A program made the translations under genes and the position numbers. The notes under the pieces were generated by a model. That model was not told where the DNA came from. It was given only the letters and a program-made list of their open reading frames with translations, and ran no database searches. From Nanobdellota archaeon (GTDB lineage: Archaea > Nanobdellota > Nanobdellia > Woesearchaeales > JAHWHD01), in the NCBI GenBank assembly GCA_034722435.1, contig JAYENX010000034.1:1-12298 (forward strand): a stretch of 12,298 nucleotides of DNA, given 5' to 3'. Below are positions 6,997 through 12,298 of the stretch, in pieces; the stretch's first letter is position 1, and each line of letters begins with the position of its first letter.

Positions 6997-7019
6997 TTTG
7001 GAAAAATGGCATTTCCAAA
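6997..7019. repeat. Perfect 8-bp inverted repeat TTTGGAAA-N7-TTTCCAAA
   Basis: Arms 6997-7004 and 7012-7019 read directly; lies immediately upstream of the rpl44e TATA box. Confidence 0.6.
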
Positions 7020-7024
7020 CTTAA

Positions 7025-7110
7025 AAATTAAAGATTCTATGAATTACAGAATTACACTTAATTCAAGATTTTAAACACCACGTTTATATAAATTAAAGAA
7101 TCTAAAATTA
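7025..7110. repeat. Short direct repeats in an AT-rich intergenic region
   Basis: AAATTAAAGATTCTA (7025-7039) vs AAATTAAAGAATCTA (7090-7104), 14/15 identical; tandem GAATTACA x2 (7041-7056). Confidence 0.45.
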
Positions 7111-7136
7111 ATTAATAAACTCACATTTATAAAGAT

Positions 7137-7427
7137 TTAAACCCTTTCTTTAGGTAATACCTTTATTTCATACCTAATTACATCCCCTGGCTCATAACCT
7201 TGCTCTTCTGCCATTCTTGCAAGATACAATTCATCCCTCATATTCGTAATACTTAATCTAGGGGTATTAGGAAAAATTCTAGAAGGTTTTGCATGATAAG
7301 GAACCGTAAGTTCACCTGTTCTCTCAACAACAATACTTCCATCTTCATCGCGCATTAAAGTTTCTAAAAATATTTCTCGATCTTTATCTTCTACAGATAA
7401 TTTAGTATCATTTTTTTTATCAGCCAC
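7137..7427 (-). CDS. Hypothetical protein, 96 aa
   Basis: GTG start 3 nt after the GINS stop with a GAGGTG RBS (7436-7441) 8 nt upstream; same strand and codon style as neighbours; no family recognised. Confidence 0.75.
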   Translation of the reverse strand: MADKKNDTKLSVEDKDREIFLETLMRDEDGSIVVERTGELTVPYHAKPSRIFPNTPRLSITNMRDELYLARMAEEQGYEPGDVIRYEIKVLPKERV

Positions 7428-7430
7428 TAA

Positions 7431-8096
7431 TCATACACCTCTAATCTCTTCAGCTCTCTGTTTCAAAACAAGTATATCTGCAATCTCTGCAGGAAGGTTA
7501 GCCATATCCTCTTCATCAAAAGGTCCATACACTTCTAAATCTTTACCAACAAATTTAGGAACCGCATGAATAAATCTCACCATCTTATTCCCTAAATCAG
7601 CTGAAGGCTCAGAATCACTATTCTGTACCTGAGTACCTGAAACTGACTGAGTCTCTTCACTACCAACTACCATTTTTCTTAACTCAGGAAGTTTTGCATT
7701 GATTAGATTCATAAGAACATCTTTCCTAAACTTTGAAAATAAATCGCATAATACATCATAAAACTCGCGCTCCTCTTTAAGAAGAGCAGACGTATCAATA
7801 ATATTTGAATCAGTCCTTGCTTTATTGAGAGCCATAGCAATTATTTTAGACTCTCTTTTATCATAAAGATCCTTCAACATCTTTCTGATATTTATAAGCT
7901 GTTTCTCAACCTTCATCTTTTCACTCTGAGCAAAAAGGTCATCATCAGAACCTAGAGTTATCTGCTTTTTCTCTTTAAGATAATCTATTATATCGTTATA
8001 GAAAGTATCATCTAACTTTTGCAATTCCAGCTTATTTCGTTCATTCCTAAGAAACTCAAAAATAGTTTCATAAGTAATCTTAATATCTTCTCCCAT
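7431..8096 (-). CDS. gins15: DNA replication complex GINS subunit (Gins15/Gins51 type, COG1711), about 221 aa
   Basis: A domain ITYETI...ER...LQKLDDTFY.DI.DY and Y.KRE.KI..MA, LL.EE..FY; polar linker; B domain VRFIHAVPKFVGKDLEVYGPF..EDMANLP..IA.IL. ATG 8096 preferred over TTG 8108 (GTGGGG RBS-like at 8101-8106). Confidence 0.92.
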   Translation of the reverse strand: MGEDIKITYETIFEFLRNERNKLELQKLDDTFYNDIIDYLKEKKQITLGSDDDLFAQSEKMKVEKQLINIRKMLKDLYDKRESKIIAMALNKARTDSNIIDTSALLKEEREFYDVLCDLFSKFRKDVLMNLINAKLPELRKMVVGSEETQSVSGTQVQNSDSEPSADLGNKMVRFIHAVPKFVGKDLEVYGPFDEEDMANLPAEIADILVLKQRAEEIRGV

Positions 8097-8129
8097 AATT
8101 CCCCACAAAAATAAGATAAATCATGAATA

Positions 8130-8137
8130 TTTAAATA
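8130..8137 (-). promoter_or_regulatory. TATA-like box (TATTTAAA) upstream of GINS
   Basis: 33 nt upstream of ATG 8096, leaving room for a short leader with RBS. Confidence 0.4.
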
Positions 8138-8197
8138 TTTGTATAGTTAAGATACGAGCTATTAATAAAAACAAACAGAAAACATTACTTATTCTAA

Positions 8198-9019
8198 TTA
8201 AAAAAGTCTGAAAACTCCTCTTGTTACATATATCTCAAGGAACGCCGCTAACACTATCAACACAATAGATAACAAAAACATAACTGTCGCATCCTTGATA
8301 ACATTTCTAAAAGCCAAACTTCCAATCCTTTCCCTCATCAATGCACGCGAAATTACTCCTCCAGCTATAGCAGCTAACAAAAACCCCGATATCTCAGGGA
8401 CTAAATGTATAAGCATAGTGGCAAAAATAGCTGTAGCATGTGCCGTAGTAGTAGATAAATATCTTACCAATAACACAATAAATGATGCAAAGATCGAAGC
8501 GTTATACACTATCAAAAATATAGCTCCTGCTCCATAAGCAATTGAAAGAAAAAATGCTACAACATTAACTGTAAGGTTCCTTCCAATAATATTTACAACT
8601 TGACCAATAGTACTATCCGGAACAACACTTACGCCATCAGGTGTTATTCCTCTAGCTTTCAAGAAATCAAACTGGTAAGCACTCACATCATAATTAACAT
8701 TCAAAGCAAAAAATCCAATTAATAAAAAACCAAGAAACACACCATGAAATATAAAAAGATAAGTTTCAAATACATCTTTATGATTTCTAAAAAAATGTTT
8801 AAGCCCCTCTTCGCGCTCAATTTTTTCTTCTTTTCCAAGATAATATATCAATGTAGGCACTAATAACAAAGTTGTCAAAAATATACTCGCTAGAGACATA
8901 AAATCTTTGAAAAGAAAGAAAGCTGTAATTATTCCTATCAAAGAATACGCAAAACCTAAAAGCATTGCAAAATAATGCCTCTTCTCAATTTTATGCATCA
9001 ACAATAAACGCTCAAGCAT
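8198..9019 (-). CDS. Stage II sporulation protein M (SpoIIM/DUF95) family polytopic membrane protein
   Basis: About 7-8 hydrophobic segments; I..RNL.V....F.LS..YGAGAIFLIVYNAS and H.VPEI.GF.LAA.AG, L.IVL...AAFLE.Y match the family pattern. Confidence 0.85.
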   Translation of the reverse strand: MLERLLLMHKIEKRHYFAMLLGFAYSLIGIITAFFLFKDFMSLASIFLTTLLLVPTLIYYLGKEEKIEREEGLKHFFRNHKDVFETYLFIFHGVFLGFLLIGFFALNVNYDVSAYQFDFLKARGITPDGVSVVPDSTIGQVVNIIGRNLTVNVVAFFLSIAYGAGAIFLIVYNASIFASFIVLLVRYLSTTTAHATAIFATMLIHLVPEISGFLLAAIAGGVISRALMRERIGSLAFRNVIKDATVMFLLSIVLIVLAAFLEIYVTRGVFRLF

Positions 9020-9042
9020 TCTTGCCTAAATTACCTCTTTTT

Positions 9043-9050
9043 TTTATATA
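9043..9050 (-). promoter_or_regulatory. TATA box (TATATAAA) of the SpoIIM-family gene
   Basis: 23 nt upstream of ATG 9019. Confidence 0.5.
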
Positions 9051-9059
9051 TTTCAAATT

Positions 9060-9071
9060 AAAAATAAAAAA
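9060..9071 (-). terminator. T-rich tract TTTTTTATTTTT directly after the surface-protein stop; candidate terminator
   Basis: Immediately follows TAA 9072-9074 on the minus strand. Confidence 0.4.
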
Positions 9072-11546
9072 TTAATCACCAAACTCTCTAAGGAACTTAT
9101 CTTTCTTTTTCTTATTTGACCAACCACCTAAGAAAAGCAAAGCAATAACAGTTATCACAATTATAAATATCAAAAGCGTCCTTGGATTTTTAAGGAAATC
9201 TGTAAATATTCCCCAACCTGAACCTGCTACAAGATTATCAACAACCTCTTCCTCTGGCTGCAAAACCTCGCCCCCGGAAATCTCCTCAGGAACTTGCTCA
9301 ACAAATCCAGAGTTAAGACCATCTTCAGAGTCATCATCGCCCTCAGTTACTAAACCAAAAGTATCATCTTCAGCAACAGGAAATTCCAAAACAGCAGTCT
9401 GACAAAAACCGCAATCTTTCGAACAAGTAGCACAAGTTTCTCGATTTACTTGACACACTCCGTCACCACAAGTTGCAGAAGAACCTCCACCGCCTCCACC
9501 GCTGCCACTAGTAGTTTTAATAGTGACAGCAGACGAATTACTAAAAGTCTCTCCGTTTTCATAAATATGAGCATACACAGTACCTGCACCAGTAATCCGC
9601 ACTGTAGACGAATAATAACCTACCGCATTTGAAGTAGTATTATAATCAGCTCCACCAAATGTTACATTAACTAACCTACTATCAACAGTTCCATTATCAT
9701 AATAAACATAACCGTAAGCAGTAACGTCAGTATTCGTTGTAGGGTTTGTATCGCTAAGATCTAAAGAAACTTCCATAGACAACTTAAGAGTTATTACTTT
9801 GGTAGTTGTGTTAACATTACCAGCCATATCCTCAACATCTACAGTAACAGTACAATTACCAATTTCAGTTGTTACATTACTCTGCCATGTAACTGTAAAC
9901 ACATTAGCAGAAGTATTTGTTAACACCATATCAGCAATAGTATCACCAGGACATTCAATAGTTGCATTCACTCTATTAACATCATAATTATCAGTTGCAT
10001 TCGCTGTAATAGTCACACCATCTTTCCTTAAAAAAGTATCACCCATTGTAATATCAACAGTTGGTAAAGTGTTATCGATTGTAAACACTGCATCACTTTG
10101 GTCACTTGCATTATTATGAGTATCATTCACATGCACTAAAACAAGATAAGTATCATCATTCTGAATCGTTGTAGTATCCCAGGAATAGTTCGTTATATTA
10201 ACACCAGATGACAAAACAATCCATTCAGTGATGTTCCAATAATAAAGGTTTACAATTATATCATCTGTGTTATCATCATCATAATAAACCCATTGTACTG
10301 ATTGAATTCCAGCTAAATACTCCCCACCATTAGGATAAGTAACCGTAACATTAGGTTTTTGATTATATGTAATATTAACATCAGTTATATTAATAATTCC
10401 AGATGTATCTGAATGAAATAATAAAGGAATACTATGAGCGGTATTATCATCAGGAAGAGTATCTAAAAGCTCATTTAATTCATCTGTAAAATTCTGATAG
10501 TTAAAAACATCAGTAGTATCAAATTCTCCTGAATAACCCCATTCAATATCACTGTCATTAGTTACATCTATTGTAGGATTCGTCGGATAATATTTTTTGA
10601 CTAACTGAACTTTTCTTGTTCCAGTTTCATCAGTTACTAACCATTCAAAATCATTAATATATTCTGCATCTTTAGCTGAAACTAAACCATCTGAATAAGA
10701 ATTAATAATAACGCCACTAGTTATGTTTAAAAGAATAACTTCATTACTATGCGTAATAAGCCATTTTTCTGAACTAACATATTCAACATCATAAACATCT
10801 CTGAGTGTAATTAAATCATTATATTGATTAATCACAGTGCCATCAGTCACATTAACTTCAACTATTCCAATTGAACGAGCAACAAGCCAAATTTCATCAC
10901 TAATAAATTCAGAATCATAAGTAGTTGAAGGATTTGTACTATAATTAGAAACATCCTCCATGTTAGTTACATTAATTAACCTTACAATCTTATTAGCTTG
11001 GTCAGTAACTAAAATTCGTTCATTATCAACTAAATCAGCATCAACAAAAATTGGATCAGGAATAGATCTATTAAATAATATTTTTTCAGTTGGAACTGTT
11101 TGAATATTTTCTAAAAGTATTATTTTATCATTCCCAGTATCAGTTATCAATAAAGTATCAGAATCGATATACTCGGCATCCTGAGGTCCGCTTACTGTTG
11201 AATAAGAATAATCAAGACTTCCTGAAATAGGATTAACTAGCAATAATCTATTATTATCTGTATCAGATATTAACCATTGATTACTCGAAATATACTCTGC
11301 ATCTTGAGGACTATTAAGATTCGTATAATTATAAACTAACTCCCACTCACTCAACTCACCATTAAACGTCATTGTAGAACTCAAAACATAAGCATTACCT
11401 GGCAAGGTTACATAAGTTGCAACATCGCTATTTCCATTAAAAGTTAATATGCTATCGGATAACTGAGAAATATTATCAATATAACTTAAACCAAAAACTG
11501 CACTAACCAATATCAGCATTAATACTACATATACACCCTTTTTCAT
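9072..11546 (-). CDS. Large membrane-anchored cell-surface protein (824 aa): signal peptide, six-blade NHL-like beta-propeller, Ig-like domains, Gly linker, Cys-rich motif, acidic stalk, C-terminal TM helix
   Basis: Start reassigned to ATG 11546 (MKKGVYVVLMLILVSAVFG; GAGGGTG RBS 11553-11559; TATA 11589-11596) because the 899-aa track ORF overlaps the methyltransferase. Six PQDAEY.....LI.D..N.. repeats; PNVTVTYPNGGE and DNTLPTV Ig-like starts; SGSGGGGGGSS; CGDGVCQVNRETCATCSKDCGFC; LLIFIIVITVIALLFLGGW followed by NKKKKDK. Confidence 0.88.
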   Translation of the reverse strand: MKKGVYVVLMLILVSAVFGLSYIDNISQLSDSILTFNGNSDVATYVTLPGNAYVLSSTMTFNGELSEWELVYNYTNLNSPQDAEYISSNQWLISDTDNNRLLLVNPISGSLDYSYSTVSGPQDAEYIDSDTLLITDTGNDKIILLENIQTVPTEKILFNRSIPDPIFVDADLVDNERILVTDQANKIVRLINVTNMEDVSNYSTNPSTTYDSEFISDEIWLVARSIGIVEVNVTDGTVINQYNDLITLRDVYDVEYVSSEKWLITHSNEVILLNITSGVIINSYSDGLVSAKDAEYINDFEWLVTDETGTRKVQLVKKYYPTNPTIDVTNDSDIEWGYSGEFDTTDVFNYQNFTDELNELLDTLPDDNTAHSIPLLFHSDTSGIINITDVNITYNQKPNVTVTYPNGGEYLAGIQSVQWVYYDDDNTDDIIVNLYYWNITEWIVLSSGVNITNYSWDTTTIQNDDTYLVLVHVNDTHNNASDQSDAVFTIDNTLPTVDITMGDTFLRKDGVTITANATDNYDVNRVNATIECPGDTIADMVLTNTSANVFTVTWQSNVTTEIGNCTVTVDVEDMAGNVNTTTKVITLKLSMEVSLDLSDTNPTTNTDVTAYGYVYYDNGTVDSRLVNVTFGGADYNTTSNAVGYYSSTVRITGAGTVYAHIYENGETFSNSSAVTIKTTSGSGGGGGGSSATCGDGVCQVNRETCATCSKDCGFCQTAVLEFPVAEDDTFGLVTEGDDDSEDGLNSGFVEQVPEEISGGEVLQPEEEVVDNLVAGSGWGIFTDFLKNPRTLLIFIIVITVIALLFLGGWSNKKKKDKFLREFGD
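10597..11318 (-). repeat. Six intragenic approx. 40-aa beta-propeller blade repeats
   Basis: PQDAEYISSNQWLISDTDN / PQDAEYIDSDTLLITDTGN / FVDADLVDNERILVTDQAN / TYDSEFISDEIWLVA / VYDVEYVSSEKWLIT / AKDAEYINDFEWLVTD. Blades 1 and 2 share 18/20 nt at 11290-11309 vs 11167-11186. Confidence 0.8.
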
Positions 11547-11588
11547 ATTACACACCCTCTTTATGATAAGAAAATTAATCATATCTGG

Positions 11589-11596
11589 TATATAAA
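11589..11596 (-). promoter_or_regulatory. TATA box (TTTATATA) of the large surface-protein gene
   Basis: 42 nt upstream of ATG 11546 with an RBS in the predicted leader; 5 nt past the methyltransferase stop. Confidence 0.6.
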
Positions 11597-11601
11597 CGTT
11601 T

Positions 11602-12225
11602 CTATGAATAACTCTTAAGTTTACCCAGTATACAATAATGATTATGAGCATCAATAAAAATGTCCAAAATTTTAAAATTATTAAAATATTTTTTAAGCAA
11701 AGCTTTAGTATAAATATAATGAGGCACCCCTTTTTCGGGACCATCCAACATAACATACGTTCTTGGTGCAATCAATTTAACTTTACTCGCCCTACCCTTC
11801 ATCTTATTTCGCGTCACAGTCACAAAAATAATTCCGCCAGGTTTTAACACCCTTTCAATCTCCTTTATACATTTAATTATATCCTCTAACTTCGCATGAT
11901 GAATCACTTGAACAGAAATCACAGCATCAAAAAAATTATTTTTGTAAGGAAATTCTCTATAACAACTCGCATTTTTAACTACCGCCTTAAGCTTTAACTC
12001 TTTCAACCACTTTCTTGTCTGCTTCAACCCTGATTCAGAATTATCCACCGCATAAACATCAAAACCTTCATTTGCAAGAAGTATAGTGTGCCTTCCAGAA
12101 CCAGACCCAAGATCAAGAACCGTCTTAACTCCCTCTTTCTTCATTAATTTAATAGCTTCATACACTTCTTTATGAGGTTTATAGAAAACTTTACCCTTAC
12201 TTTTAAAAATATCATCCCAAGTCAT
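11602..12225 (-). CDS. Class I SAM-dependent methyltransferase (Methyltransf_11/25-like; substrate unknown)
   Basis: Motif I VLDLGSGSGRH, VYAVDNS, PYKNNFFDAVIS..VIHH, EIERVLKPGG..F. Confidence 0.93.
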   Translation of the reverse strand: MTWDDIFKSKGKVFYKPHKEVYEAIKLMKKEGVKTVLDLGSGSGRHTILLANEGFDVYAVDNSESGLKQTRKWLKELKLKAVVKNASCYREFPYKNNFFDAVISVQVIHHAKLEDIIKCIKEIERVLKPGGIIFVTVTRNKMKGRASKVKLIAPRTYVMLDGPEKGVPHYIYTKALLKKYFNNFKILDIFIDAHNHYCILGKLKSYS

Positions 12226-12247
12226 ACAAGAATTCTTAATTATAAAA

Positions 12248-12255
12248 TATATAAA
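12248..12255 (-). promoter_or_regulatory. TATA box (TTTATATA) of the methyltransferase gene
   Basis: 22 nt upstream of ATG 12225; no RBS. Confidence 0.6.
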
Positions 12256-12298
12256 ATTATGCTTTACAAAAACTTAATTAAATATCTCACCAAAAATA

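Noticed and set aside
6963-7136. Possible replication origin (AT-rich, repeats, TTACACTT resembling a mini-ORB half, near GINS)
   Set aside because: No full ORB consensus or G-string, no cdc6/orc1 nearby, and the strand skew does not appear to change sign across this point.
11547-11771. N-terminal 75-codon extension of the 899-aa track ORF
   Set aside because: Overlaps the methyltransferase gene on the same strand; ATG 11546 has an RBS, a TATA box and a proper signal peptide.
1-12298. tRNA, rRNA, CRISPR array, IS or prophage features
   Set aside because: Intergenic gaps are short and very AT-rich with no cloverleaf, no regularly spaced repeats and no transposase, integrase or capsid-like ORFs.
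12256-12298. Possible 3' end of an upstream minus-strand gene (...IFGEIFN-stop)
   Set aside because: Too short to support from this window.

Overview
AT-rich archaeal chromosomal window, most likely from a DPANN archaeon (Woesearchaeota/Nanobdellota-like; an inference from protein style and gene content, not a database result). It holds 14 protein-coding genes, 12 on the minus strand. The core is an informational cluster read on the minus strand: GINS(15-type) - unknown 96-aa ORF - rpl44e - rps27e - aIF2-alpha - nop10 - PAC2-family chaperone - family B DNA polymerase (PolB3 type, intact exonuclease/polymerase acidic residues, C-terminal PIP box). Around it are cell-envelope genes: a partial DUF11-like repeat surface protein, an 824-aa membrane-anchored beta-propeller/Ig-like/Cys-rich protein and a SpoIIM/DUF95 membrane protein. 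There is also a class I SAM methyltransferase and a YccU-like CoA-binding protein. The most striking element is a + strand, signal-peptide-bearing, Lys-rich 318-aa protein with all three motifs of soluble lytic transglycosylases (ES, GILQ, WNLG): a putative peptidoglycan-cleaving enzyme in an organism that should have no peptidoglycan. Archaeal TATA boxes lie 20-23 nt upstream of several start codons (probably leaderless mRNAs), while other genes use GGAGG/GAGGTG ribosome-binding sites. rps27e and the DUF11 gene are missing from the supplied ORF track and were translated by hand. No RNA genes, CRISPR arrays or mobile elements were seen.
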